Notes under the pieces: model-generated
Database searches by the model: none
What the model saw: the letters and a program-made list of their open reading frames with translations, nothing else
What the model was told of the DNA's origin: nothing
Virus record (IMG/VR): IMGVR_UViG_3300030380_002200
Span: 1 to 58,635 of that record
Length of the DNA: 58,635 nt
DNA from: a virus
Taxonomy: Duplodnaviria > Caudoviricetes
Strand: one strand, 5' to 3'
Translations under genes and position numbers: made by a program
Shown: positions 35,109 to 43,797 of the stretch, piece by piece
How the letters are laid out: the number at the start of each line of letters is the position of its first letter
Numbering within the stretch: position 1 is the stretch's first letter

Positions 35109-36707
35109 ATGCAAAATTCAGGATTCACTCCCAAAAAATTGGAGTTCAATGACGAAGCACGAGAAAAGCTCGTCGAAGGAATCAATCAAATCGCGAACGC
35201 TGTAAGCAGCACCCTCGGCCCTGCGGGTCAAACAGTCATCATCGAATCGCCTGAACACACGCACGGCATCACCGTAACGAAGGACGGTGTTACTGTAGCT
35301 AAGGCCATCGACCTTCTCGACCCCACTGAGAACCTTGCGGTACGTATCATGAAGGAAGCGGCTGACCGTACTGCTACATCAGCGGGTGACGGGACGACCA
35401 CATCTATCGTGTTGGCTCGCGCCCTTGTCGAGGCGGGGTACAAGCACATACCTGACGGTGAGCGCACTGACGTGTTACGCGACTTGCGGGTAGAAACTGA
35501 GAAGGTGATTGCTTCCTTGAAGAGGCAGGCTCGCGCTGTGACGAAGGGGAGGCTCAAGGACGTAGCTACCATCTCCTCAAACAACGACAGCAAGATTGGC
35601 GACATCATCGCCAAGGTGTATAAGGACGTAGGAAAGAACGGCATCGTAACTGTTGACCGCTCTATGACGAGCGAGACATACTACGAGACAACCGACGGCA
35701 TCAAGGTTGACCGTGGGTTTAGCTCACCGCTGTTCATCAACGACCACAAGAAAGATGAGTGTGTCCTTGAGGACACACATATCCTTGTATCCGATGCTGA
35801 GATTAGCAACGTCTTGCAGATTGAGAATGTACTCAAGCCTATCATCGCTGAGAACAAGAAGCTACTGATTATCGCACCGTGCTCTGCGAACGTGGTGAAT
35901 ACCATCGCGGCCAACGTCATGAAGCGCGATATGAAGATTTGTATTATCCAACCACCGAACTTTGGATACAAGCAGCACGAGCTGATGCAGGACATCGCTT
36001 TGAGTGTGGGTGCTACATACTTCTCTGAGAAGACAGGCGACGACCTGAGCCTCATGCAGTATACTGACCTCGGTCGCGCAGAGCGCGTCATCGTGGGTCG
36101 TGACTCGTCGATTATCCTGAAGGATAAGGACAGCGGCAACCAAGAGTTGATTGACGAGCGCGTTATGCAGCTCAACGCTTCGCTTGCCATCACTCAGCGC
36201 AAGGCTGACAAAGACTTCATCCTTGAGCGCATCGCATCGCTGACAGGTGGCATCGGTGTTATATACGCAGGCGGAAATACTGACCTTGAGCAGAAGGAGC
36301 TATACGACCGTATCGACGATGCGGTGTGTGCGGTACGGTCTGCGCTTGAGGAGGGCATCCTACCCGGCGGTGGTGTAGCATTGTACAACGAGGTGATGAA
36401 GCGATACCACAACCCTCAGACTGTGGCTGAACAAATTTTCGCGGACGCACTTCGTGCGCCATTTGAGCAAATTGTCGAGAACGCAGGTCACTACAACGTA
36501 GACATTTGGGCAGGCAATGCTGACGAGTCACATAGCTATGGCTTCAACGTCAAGACTGAAAAGTATGGTGACATGTATGAGATGGGTGTGATTGACCCAC
36601 TCAAGGTTACGCGGTCTGCTCTTGAGAACGCAGTAAGTGTTGCCACAACTATTCTGTCTACCAATGCCATCATTACTATGGCACGGACATACGAGCAGAA
36701 GTCGTGA
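35109..36707 (+). CDS. groEL: Phage chaperonin GroEL
   Basis: TLGP, VTKDGVTVAK, AGDGTTT, ERIASLTGGIGVI, DDAVCAVRSALEEGILPGGG, GVIDPLKVTRSAL. Confidence 0.97.
   Translation: MQNSGFTPKKLEFNDEAREKLVEGINQIANAVSSTLGPAGQTVIIESPEHTHGITVTKDGVTVAKAIDLLDPTENLAVRIMKEAADRTATSAGDGTTTSIVLARALVEAGYKHIPDGERTDVLRDLRVETEKVIASLKRQARAVTKGRLKDVATISSNNDSKIGDIIAKVYKDVGKNGIVTVDRSMTSETYYETTDGIKVDRGFSSPLFINDHKKDECVLEDTHILVSDAEISNVLQIENVLKPIIAENKKLLIIAPCSANVVNTIAANVMKRDMKICIIQPPNFGYKQHELMQDIALSVGATYFSEKTGDDLSLMQYTDLGRAERVIVGRDSSIILKDKDSGNQELIDERVMQLNASLAITQRKADKDFILERIASLTGGIGVIYAGGNTDLEQKELYDRIDDAVCAVRSALEEGILPGGGVALYNEVMKRYHNPQTVAEQIFADALRAPFEQIVENAGHYNVDIWAGNADESHSYGFNVKTEKYGDMYEMGVIDPLKVTRSALENAVSVATTILSTNAIITMARTYEQKS
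35761..35776. repeat. 16-bp palindrome copy 14 (inside groEL)
   Basis: GTGTCCTTGAGGACAC, encoding CVLEDT. Confidence 0.95.
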
Positions 36708-36765
36708 TGGGATATTGGACAACCACCACTTCGTATGGTGACATTGAAATCAAATATATTCTAGT

Positions 36766-37023
36766 ATGAAGCCAATAGGAAAGTATATCCTCATCGAGCC
36801 TGCGATGGAGGAGGTAGAGACAGAGTCAGGGCTATTGCTTACCGTAGAAGACCACGAAGAGTTTCGCTATCGCAAGGCTTTGGTATGCGCAGTAGGCACT
36901 GACGTAACTACCATGAAGGATGGCGATACCATCTACTATGACAACCGCTCAGGGTATAAGGTCATGTTGCATAATAAAAAGTACAGCGTCATCAAGGAGC
37001 ACGATGTCGTTGTTGTCGAATAA
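36766..37023 (+). CDS. groES: Co-chaperonin GroES
   Basis: MKPIGKYILIEP, TESGLLL mobile loop, VCAVG, GDTIYY, VIKEHDVV; follows groEL. Confidence 0.9.
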   Translation: MKPIGKYILIEPAMEEVETESGLLLTVEDHEEFRYRKALVCAVGTDVTTMKDGDTIYYDNRSGYKVMLHNKKYSVIKEHDVVVVE

Positions 37024-37444
37024 ACTTGTTCATCTCGATGATGTAGTTGCGATAGACCTTGTCCATATACGACGCGCTGTTCTTAAACAACGGATTGACG
37101 GAGGGGTGCTCAGGGAGTTCCTCTCCGTTTAATTTTTTATAGACTAACCCTACCACGCGACGGGCCTTGTACGATAGCTCGTATACGGTGCGCCTGTTGC
37201 CCTCCTTCTTGCGAAAGACGTTGAGCCACCCGTCGCGGAGAAGGTTGTCGAACCTGTCTTCGTCCCATGAGATGAGTTCGTCGAACTCATCGAACTTGTC
37301 CTTAGAGAAGTATTTCTCTGAGTACAAGAACAGCAGTATATCCAAGTCGGCCTGTGTCAGCCCGTACTTAGCTTTGATGAAGTATCGCACCACGCGCCAA
37401 TACTTCAAATAGTCTTGGGGTGGCGGCTTGCGCCAATTCAGCAT
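36992..37444 (-). CDS. Winged-helix (MarR-like) DNA-binding protein
   Basis: YGLTQADLDILLFLY...LLRDGWL...RRTVYELSYKAR; the only minus-strand CDS called in the late arm. Confidence 0.6.
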   Translation of the reverse strand: MLNWRKPPPQDYLKYWRVVRYFIKAKYGLTQADLDILLFLYSEKYFSKDKFDEFDELISWDEDRFDNLLRDGWLNVFRKKEGNRRTVYELSYKARRVVGLVYKKLNGEELPEHPSVNPLFKNSASYMDKVYRNYIIEMNKFIRQQRHRAP

Positions 37445-37458
37445 AAATTTTTATTGAG

Positions 37459-37466
37459 TAAATTTG
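37459..37466 (+). promoter_or_regulatory. -7 promoter element (TAAATTTG)
   Basis: Upstream of the small basic protein cluster. Confidence 0.55.
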
Positions 37467-37484
37467 TACTCAAGGTACGAACTT

Positions 37485-37661
37485 ATGCCCGACGATAAAG
37501 ACCAACGTGTTGTAGACCTGAACGATATGAACTTTCGTAACAGGGATGTTATGAAATGGTCAGACCGTCCGGGCGGTGAAACCATCAACTACGGCAAATC
37601 GAACTTCGGACTCAGAACGACAGCCAACAGCGTTGCTGTTCCAAGAATTAAAAGGAGGTAA
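37485..37661 (+). CDS. Hypothetical protein
   Basis: Start reassigned to ATG 37485 (MPDDKDQR). Confidence 0.55.
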   Translation: MPDDKDQRVVDLNDMNFRNRDVMKWSDRPGGETINYGKSNFGLRTTANSVAVPRIKRR

Positions 37662-37822
37662 TGGCAAAGCAAAAGACAGGTAGAAAGAAAGGCAACAAAA
37701 TTTGTCCGGCAGGCATCGCTTGGGCGAAGCGCACCTTCGACCGCTACCCCTCGGCCTACGCTAACATGGCCGCAAGCAAGTATTGTAAAGACCCGAACTA
37801 CGCAAAGGGTTCTAAAAAATAA
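37661..37822 (+). CDS. Small basic protein (53 aa), not in the ORF track
   Basis: MAKQKTGRKKGNKICPAGIAWAKRTFDRYPSAYANMAASKYCKDPNYAKGSKK*. Confidence 0.75.
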   Translation: MAKQKTGRKKGNKICPAGIAWAKRTFDRYPSAYANMAASKYCKDPNYAKGSKK

Positions 37823-37842
37823 TCCGGCAAAACAAAATCATC

Positions 37843-38313
37843 ATGCCACAGGAAAAAAGAACGACAGAATACAAGACTGTTGGAAAGAGAGGTAAGAGAA
37901 CTATCGAGAAAACTAAAAAGGCAGGAGGTCGTCGAGTTAACCTTGGTGCTTCAACTACCACCAAGACCACTACCAACAAAAGAGGGGTGACTCGTACCAA
38001 ATCCGTTAAGTCCGGGCAAAAACTCGCATCAAGAGAAGGTAGACCTAACCAACACCTAAAATCTGTTGCAGACCAAGGTGATAGCTACGTGACTAAGACA
38101 AAGACCAAAAACGGAAAGTTGGTAAAGTCTAAAACCAAAGCCGTAAGTAGGGCCGCTGCATCAGCTAAGGATAGAGGGATGGAGGCGACTGCAAAGAGGG
38201 ACGTAAAGAAGGGACTTAAAAAAGAGGCTCGTCAAACCAAAAGAGCAGCAATGAAAAAAGCACGCAACCTTGCGGTTGGCCGCGACGTGCCACTGCCTAA
38301 AAGCAAGTTTTAA
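37843..38313 (+). CDS. Lys/Arg/Thr-rich basic protein
   Basis: 156 aa, low complexity, highly basic. Confidence 0.7.
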   Translation: MPQEKRTTEYKTVGKRGKRTIEKTKKAGGRRVNLGASTTTKTTTNKRGVTRTKSVKSGQKLASREGRPNQHLKSVADQGDSYVTKTKTKNGKLVKSKTKAVSRAAASAKDRGMEATAKRDVKKGLKKEARQTKRAAMKKARNLAVGRDVPLPKSKF

Positions 38314-38438
38314 TGGAGAAAGCTCAACTACGTAAGATTTCTGCAGAGCTAAAGAAAGCATCTGCTATGCATAAAGGCCAAGCTGCTAAGATTGACCGAA
38401 TGCTCAAGTCTATGACTAAGTCTACTAAAAAGAAGTAA
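38313..38438 (+). CDS. Small basic protein (41 aa), not in the ORF track
   Basis: MEKAQLRKISAELKKASAMHKGQAAKIDRMLKSMTKSTKKK*. Confidence 0.65.
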   Translation: MEKAQLRKISAELKKASAMHKGQAAKIDRMLKSMTKSTKKK

Positions 38439-38440
38439 TC

Positions 38441-38593
38441 ATGGCGATGAGCAAAAAAGAAATGGAAAAGATTCCCATGCGGGACAGCTCCATTAAAAAA
38501 CTTACCGCCGCACAAAAGCGCATCGCAAGTGCAGCCCCTCCTTTTGACCAAATCACAGGAGCCGACTTCAAGGCTCTAAAAGAGAAAAAGTAA
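38441..38593 (+). CDS. Small basic protein (50 aa), not in the ORF track
   Basis: MAMSKKEMEK...LTAAQKRIASAAPPFDQITGADFKALKEKK*. Confidence 0.65.
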   Translation: MAMSKKEMEKIPMRDSSIKKLTAAQKRIASAAPPFDQITGADFKALKEKK

Positions 38594-38594
38594 T

Positions 38595-38753
38595 ATGCCT
38601 AAAGTATCAGGAAAAAACGGAAAGAGAGTATTCCCCTACAACGCAGTGGGAAAGGCTCAAGCTGACTCTTACGCTCGCATGACGGGTGGAAAGATTAAAA
38701 ACAACCCCGGCTACGGAATGGAGAAGAAGACTAAGTCTTCAATGTCATACTAA
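38595..38753 (+). CDS. Small basic protein (52 aa), not in the ORF track
   Basis: MPKVSGKNGKRVFPYNAVGKAQADSYARMTGGKIKNNPGYGMEKKTKSSMSY*. Confidence 0.65.
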   Translation: MPKVSGKNGKRVFPYNAVGKAQADSYARMTGGKIKNNPGYGMEKKTKSSMSY

Positions 38754-38756
38754 GAC

Positions 38757-38993
38757 ATGGGTGAACTCAAAAAATGGCGAGAGCAAAATTGGGTAAGGAT
38801 AGGAACAGACGGTTCTATCCTTGGTGCTTGCGGGACAAGTAAAAACAAAAAAAATCCCGACAGGTGCTTACCTATGGCTAAAGCCAAGAGTATGAGTAAG
38901 GCTGAACGTGCCGCAACAGCCAAAAAGAAAAAGAAGTACGGCAGAAAAAAACAGTTTGTATCTAACACGCCCGCAGGACGGGTAACATCTTAA
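38757..38993 (+). CDS. Small basic protein
   Basis: LKKWREQNWVRIG...GACG...RCLPMAKAKSMSKAERAATAKKKK. Confidence 0.75.
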   Translation: MGELKKWREQNWVRIGTDGSILGACGTSKNKKNPDRCLPMAKAKSMSKAERAATAKKKKKYGRKKQFVSNTPAGRVTS

Positions 38994-39004
38994 AATAAAT
39001 AATT

Positions 39005-39232
39005 ATGCCTACAGTTTACGGAGGAAAAAAGCAGGGTTACAATGACAGACTCGATGAGTCTATCGGTATGAAGCACAGAGGTGCTAAGACCCAATCAATG
39101 AAGTCTCGTAGAGACGAGTCAAAAGGAATGGCTAAAGCCATGACAGGTCACGCTTACAGCGGCGACGCTCACATGGATAAGCACTACCCTAAGAGTGTTA
39201 AGGGCCATCTTTCTAAGTTGATTAGAAAGTAA
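39005..39232 (+). CDS. Small basic protein
   Basis: KQGYNDRLDESIG...QSMKSRRDESKGM. Confidence 0.7.
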   Translation: MPTVYGGKKQGYNDRLDESIGMKHRGAKTQSMKSRRDESKGMAKAMTGHAYSGDAHMDKHYPKSVKGHLSKLIRK

Positions 39233-39247
39233 GCATCATATAGCCTA

Positions 39248-39538
39248 ATGGCTGATAAGAGCAGAATGAAATGCAACCGTGTCGTCCCATCGGACAGACC
39301 CGGTAAAAAGAAGATGGTCAAAGCCTGCAGTGGTGGAAGAGAAAAACTCCTTCACTTCGGGGCTAAAGGCTACGGCCACAACTATTCATCTGCTGCACGC
39401 AAGTCTTTTCGCGCACGCCACAAGTGTGCTCAGGCCAAAGACAAACTCACTCCCCGATATTGGGCCTGTAAAAACCTTTGGGCAGGCAAGGGGGGGAGCA
39501 CTGCTTCCTCCCCTAAATCACGCAGAGGTAAATACTAA
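39248..39538 (+). CDS. Small basic Cys/His-containing protein
   Basis: KKKMVKAC...LHFGAKG...RKSFRARHKC...KLTPRYWAC. Confidence 0.75.
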   Translation: MADKSRMKCNRVVPSDRPGKKKMVKACSGGREKLLHFGAKGYGHNYSSAARKSFRARHKCAQAKDKLTPRYWACKNLWAGKGGSTASSPKSRRGKY

Positions 39539-39543
39539 ACATC

Positions 39544-39702
39544 ATGGTAGATTTTATTATTGAGAATTGGGCAGAACTGCTCATCGGCTTGGCAGCGTTT
39601 GCAAAAATTATTGTCAACCTCACCCCTACGGAAACGGACAATATGGTGTTCGGATGGATTGATACGCTCATCAATTCTATCATTCCGGACAGAAAAAAAT
39701 AA
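39544..39702 (+). CDS. Small membrane protein, holin-like (52 aa), not in the ORF track
   Basis: MVDFIIENWAELLIGLAAFAKIIVNLTPTETDNMVFGWIDTLINSIIPDRKK*. Confidence 0.6.
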   Translation: MVDFIIENWAELLIGLAAFAKIIVNLTPTETDNMVFGWIDTLINSIIPDRKK

Positions 39703-39706
39703 TCCG

Positions 39707-39714
39707 TAACTTTG
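39707..39714 (+). promoter_or_regulatory. -7 promoter element (TAACTTTG)
   Basis: 4 nt before ATG 39719. Confidence 0.6.
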
Positions 39715-39718
39715 CTAC

Positions 39719-39883
39719 ATGAATAATAAGTCTAAAGGTCTTGGTGATTCAATCGAAAAGTTTACCAAGGCTACAGGCATTAAAAAAGCAGTAGACACGG
39801 TTGCGAAAGCAACCAACACCGACTGTGGATGTGGCAAACGAAGGGATACCCTGAACAGGATTTTCCCATACGATAGAGACTAA
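39719..39883 (+). CDS. Small protein with a CGC motif (54 aa), not in the ORF track
   Basis: MNNKSKGLGDSIEKFTKATGIKKAVDTVAKATNTDCGCGKRRDTLNRIFPYDRD*. Confidence 0.7.
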   Translation: MNNKSKGLGDSIEKFTKATGIKKAVDTVAKATNTDCGCGKRRDTLNRIFPYDRD

Positions 39884-39885
39884 CG

Positions 39886-40410
39886 ATGGGATATCAAAAA
39901 CTACAGGTTGGCCGTATAACGGCAATGGACGATAAGAAGTCAGACTTCTCTGATACGGTCAATCTTAACGACCCTATTTTAGATGCTTCGGGTAATCCAA
40001 AAACTTACGCTATTACAGCCTTTGCGTTTGACGGCACTTCTAGCACTATTACTGCTAGTGGAGCAACGTTTATTACTGACGGGGTTCAGGTCGGTGATGT
40101 GGCATATAATGTCACCACCATTTTAGGAGCGGGTCGGATTTCGCAGGTAAGTAGCGAAACAGAGATTGTTGTAGAGGGTATTGTGGGTAATATAGGTCAG
40201 TCAGTTAGCATCCTCACGGGTTCAACCGAAACTGCTGTACTTTACATAGGGACGCATCCCGCTGCGGGGGCTAAACAAATTAAGGTTAGAACATCGGGTG
40301 GTGATGACATCATTTTTGAAAACATTCCCGAAGGGAGTTTTTTGCCTGTGCAAGTAAAACGAATATTTTTAGCCTCAACAACCGTAACTGACGTTCTCGC
40401 ACTCTTCTAA
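39886..40410 (+). CDS. Putative virion protein, paralog 1 of 3
   Basis: YQKLQVGR...DTVNLN...LYIG...GGDD...FLPVQVKR...VLALF. Confidence 0.75.
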   Translation: MGYQKLQVGRITAMDDKKSDFSDTVNLNDPILDASGNPKTYAITAFAFDGTSSTITASGATFITDGVQVGDVAYNVTTILGAGRISQVSSETEIVVEGIVGNIGQSVSILTGSTETAVLYIGTHPAAGAKQIKVRTSGGDDIIFENIPEGSFLPVQVKRIFLASTTVTDVLALF

Positions 40411-40421
40411 AACAAAACCTA

Positions 40422-40910
40422 ATGGCATATCAAAAACTACAGGTTGGAAGAGCAACCGACATGGACGACAAGCAGAGTGATACTGAGGACACAGTAAACC
40501 TGAATAACGTAATTAACACTTACACTCGTAACTCTCCGGAGACAGGTCCGGTAGTTAACGACTCAGGTGCTAGGTTTATTACTGATGGCGTAAAGCCCGG
40601 TGACTTGGCTTTTAAGCCGGGTACTGTATCTGAGGCTTCTAGAGTTATTGCGGTTAATAGTGAAACGCAGATTACACTTGCAACTTCAGTAATTTCTGCA
40701 GGTTCCGCTTTTACAATCCTATCGCAAAGCGAAGAACCTGCAGTCCTGTACGTTGGTACAGCGGCAGCGGGAGCAACACTGAAGGTTCGTAGCTCAGGTG
40801 GCGATGACGCTACCTTCGTCAACATTCAGCAGGGGTCATTTATCCCTGTGCAGGTAAAGAGAGTTTACGACACAGGTACAACCGCATCTAACATTGTAGC
40901 TCTGTTCTGA
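40422..40910 (+). CDS. Putative virion protein, paralog 2 of 3
   Basis: Same terminal motifs as paralog 1. Confidence 0.75.
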   Translation: MAYQKLQVGRATDMDDKQSDTEDTVNLNNVINTYTRNSPETGPVVNDSGARFITDGVKPGDLAFKPGTVSEASRVIAVNSETQITLATSVISAGSAFTILSQSEEPAVLYVGTAAAGATLKVRSSGGDDATFVNIQQGSFIPVQVKRVYDTGTTASNIVALF

Positions 40911-40911
40911 C

Positions 40912-41400
40912 ATGTACCAAAAGCTACAAACAGGACGGGCCACTGCCATGACGGAGCTGTTGTCAGATAATGAGGACACAGTAAACCTGAATGACCTTAT
41001 TGATGCCGGGTCTACAGGGGTAGGCACAACGGGAACTAAGCTCGTTGTTCCGGGTCGTGACTTTGTTGCACTTGGTGTAAAGCGAGGGGATTTAGTAATA
41101 AATACAAGTTCTACCCCTAACTGCAGTAGGGTTATTGATGTGGAAGGGGATTCCGTTACGGTACTCAACAATATCAATGCAACTTCAGGATTCGCCTATA
41201 AAATCCTTAAAGGAAGCAGCACGCCCGCTACCCTGTACGTGGGTACTGTAGGCGCGGTTGCAACCTTAAAGGTTAGAACAGCGGGTGGTGATGATATTGT
41301 CCTTGACAACCTTGTGGGAGGCACTACCATCCCACTTCAAGTTGTTAGAGTATATAACACGGGCACGAATGGCGTGCTCAATATCGTAGCATTGTTCTGA
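40912..41400 (+). CDS. Putative virion protein, paralog 3 of 3
   Basis: Same terminal motifs as paralog 1. Confidence 0.75.
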   Translation: MYQKLQTGRATAMTELLSDNEDTVNLNDLIDAGSTGVGTTGTKLVVPGRDFVALGVKRGDLVINTSSTPNCSRVIDVEGDSVTVLNNINATSGFAYKILKGSSTPATLYVGTVGAVATLKVRTAGGDDIVLDNLVGGTTIPLQVVRVYNTGTNGVLNIVALF

Positions 41401-41401
41401 T

Positions 41402-42214
41402 ATGGCAACGGCAATTAAAATAGGGAATGCTATCACAGGAGGAGCAGGCAACTCTATTGGAGGGGCGCAGCGTGGTGGCTCACCGTCACCACCTCCTTCG
41501 CCTTTTACATTTAAGGTAGACACACGTAATCCGGGAGCGTCAAGCAACACGCAATACAGGCTGCCCTCCGTCACCTCGGGCACGTACAATTTCGTGGTTG
41601 ATTGGGGTGATGGTAGCACGGATACGATTACATCCTTCAATCAGCCTGAGGTAACACATACGTACTCTACGGGTGGAGTGTATACCATCACGATTACAGG
41701 GGATTTTACAAATATCAACCCCAATAGTACGGGAGACCCTCAGAAGATAACTGAGATTGTAAAGTGGGGAGGCACAAACCTTACCATCAATAACATCTTT
41801 GCTTTTAGGGGATGTTCGAATATGATTTGTACCGCAACCGATTCTCCTACACTTACTAGTGATATTTCGGGCTGTTTCTTTCAGGCGAATCTCATAACAA
41901 GCGGCCTTGCAAATTGGGACTTCTCTAATGTAACTTCAGCTCAGTTCATTTTAGTTAACGTCCCTAATTGGAACGAAGACATCAGCGGTTGGGACGTGTC
42001 AAACTGTACGTCTTTTAACGCTGCGTTCACAGGAACGTCTATGAGTCAAGCCAACTACGATGCTCTTTTGGTTGCATGGGCTGCTCAAAGCGTTCAGAAT
42101 AATGTCGTATTTAGCACGCCCGCTCAATACACAGCAGGTGGTGCGGCAGAGACCGCACGCAACACTTTGATTAACACATACTCTTGGACAATTATTGATG
42201 GCGGGTCGAACTGA
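41402..42214 (+). CDS. DUF285/BspA-like repeat protein with a PKD-like domain (candidate adhesin)
   Basis: VDWGDG...THTYSTGGVYTITI (PKD-like); LANWDFSNVT and ISGWDVSNCT repeats; W.IIDGG end. Confidence 0.75.
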   Translation: MATAIKIGNAITGGAGNSIGGAQRGGSPSPPPSPFTFKVDTRNPGASSNTQYRLPSVTSGTYNFVVDWGDGSTDTITSFNQPEVTHTYSTGGVYTITITGDFTNINPNSTGDPQKITEIVKWGGTNLTINNIFAFRGCSNMICTATDSPTLTSDISGCFFQANLITSGLANWDFSNVTSAQFILVNVPNWNEDISGWDVSNCTSFNAAFTGTSMSQANYDALLVAWAAQSVQNNVVFSTPAQYTAGGAAETARNTLINTYSWTIIDGGSN

Positions 42215-42434
42215 AAATATTGATGGGGAGTTCTGCTACCCTCAAGCAGACACTTGGATTGTCTGTTTTGAAGACGATAGGAAGTTGCAGCCTATGTCTT
42301 GGGCTGAGGTGTCTAAATCGCAATGCCTCGGCACGCCTTGGACAGTCATTGAATACTATACAAATCCGGAAGAGTGGGTAGACAGACTTGCGGAGTTTGA
42401 GATTTATCCTCTACCGCAAGAATTAGAGCCATGA
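42198..42434 (+). CDS. Hypothetical protein
   Basis: Acidic, about 78 aa, overlap-coupled. Confidence 0.55.
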   Translation: MAGRTENIDGEFCYPQADTWIVCFEDDRKLQPMSWAEVSKSQCLGTPWTVIEYYTNPEEWVDRLAEFEIYPLPQELEP

Positions 42435-42646
42435 GTAGTGAGATGATTAGCTTGTATGAAGGGATTCTGCTGCTTGGAGGAATTGTCGGAGTGTACATCA
42501 GGATGAACAATGAAGTTTCAAAGCTGAAGAATAGAGTTTACACCCTTGAGCAAAGCAAGAATGAAGTTACTGATATGCTCAAAGAACTGAGCGAAGACAT
42601 TCAGGAAATAAAACTCCTACTTGCTCGCAAGCAAATAGACTCGTGA
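42431..42646 (+). CDS. Single-TM coiled-coil protein (lysis-associated candidate)
   Basis: N-terminal hydrophobic helix plus coiled coil, directly before the endolysin. Confidence 0.55.
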   Translation: MSSEMISLYEGILLLGGIVGVYIRMNNEVSKLKNRVYTLEQSKNEVTDMLKELSEDIQEIKLLLARKQIDS

Positions 42647-43083
42647 GAGATATAGATAAGATAATTGTTCATTGTTCAGCAACAAGGGAGGGTCAGCACA
42701 TAAACATAGAAACCATCCGTGGGTGGCACGTACTTGGAAACAATTGGTCAGACATCGGCTACCATTACGTAATTTATCTCGATGGAACTATTGTTCCCGG
42801 AAGACCGGAAGAACGGCAAGGTGCTCACTGCAAGGGAAACAACAAAACAAGTATCGGGGTATGCTATGTGGGTGGGGTAGAAAAGGATGGCAAAACGCCA
42901 AAGGATACCCGAACGGGTGAACAAAAGGCTGCCTTGGCAGCACTTCTTCTAGAGCTGAAGTCCGTCTACTGCGATGCTGTCATACACGGTCATCGAGACT
43001 TCTCAAATAAGGCTTGTCCAAGTTTTGATGCTACCGAAGAGTACGCATGGATAAGCTCTCATTATGATGAAGAAGAAGTTTAG
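42643..43083 (+). CDS. Endolysin, N-acetylmuramoyl-L-alanine amidase (T7 lysozyme-like)
   Basis: IIVHCSAT, WSDIGYHYVI, GAHCKG.N..SIGVCYVGG, GHRD...KACPSF. Confidence 0.92.
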   Translation: MRDIDKIIVHCSATREGQHINIETIRGWHVLGNNWSDIGYHYVIYLDGTIVPGRPEERQGAHCKGNNKTSIGVCYVGGVEKDGKTPKDTRTGEQKAALAALLLELKSVYCDAVIHGHRDFSNKACPSFDATEEYAWISSHYDEEEV

Positions 43084-43510
43084 AGAAACCAAGGTCGGAA
43101 AATTTTTAGCCGACAAAGCGCCTAACATTCTTAACGTAGCCGGAGAGCTACTCCCTGACGCAGGACTTCTCGGTGCTGTGAGCAAGATGATTGACGAGTC
43201 GAAGCTCACACCTGAAGACAAGGCGCAGGCTCACGCTCAGTTAGTTGAGCTATACAACCTTGAGGTCGAGGATAGAAAAAGTGCGCGTCTGCTATACTCA
43301 TCTGATAGTACCATACAAAAAGTATTGGCTACAGTATTTACCATCGCATACTTTGCCTTGAGCTTTGTCATGTTCAAATACTTTGTGGAGGAAGACATTG
43401 ACCTCGGTGAGTTCGAGATTAGTTTTATCTCCACCATTTTCGGTGCTATGAGTGCCAAGGTGAACACCGTCGTTGACTTTTTCTTTGGCGGTTCTGCGAA
43501 AAAGGACTAA
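43064..43510 (+). CDS. Putative holin
   Basis: EVEDRKSAR followed by two TM helices and VVDFFFG; adjacent to the endolysin. Confidence 0.65.
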   Translation: MMKKKFRETKVGKFLADKAPNILNVAGELLPDAGLLGAVSKMIDESKLTPEDKAQAHAQLVELYNLEVEDRKSARLLYSSDSTIQKVLATVFTIAYFALSFVMFKYFVEEDIDLGEFEISFISTIFGAMSAKVNTVVDFFFGGSAKKD

Positions 43511-43521
43511 GACAAAAAGAG

Positions 43522-43529
43522 TATCTTTG
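43522..43529 (+). promoter_or_regulatory. -7 promoter element (TATCTTTG)
   Basis: Intergenic consensus match. Confidence 0.6.
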
Positions 43530-43551
43530 TACAAAATCTAATTCTATTACA

Positions 43552-43797
43552 ATGGAAAACCTTACTGCTGAAGAACTGAATACAGTTCAGACCTTTGTTG
43601 CCGAGTTCAACACCCTCAAGATGAAGATTGGTGATGCTGAACTCGCAAAGACCGTTTTGCTTGGAAAGGTGGACAAGCTCAAGTCGGACTACAACGACTA
43701 CGAGAATGTCCTTATGGAAAAGTATGGCAAGGATGCTGTTGTCAATGTTCAGACAGGAGAGATAACGAGAAACTCAGAAGAAAAAGAAGATGTCTAA
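43552..43797 (+). CDS. Hypothetical coiled-coil protein
   Basis: 81 aa with KYG...VNVQTGEI. Confidence 0.7.
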   Translation: MENLTAEELNTVQTFVAEFNTLKMKIGDAELAKTVLLGKVDKLKSDYNDYENVLMEKYGKDAVVNVQTGEITRNSEEKEDV

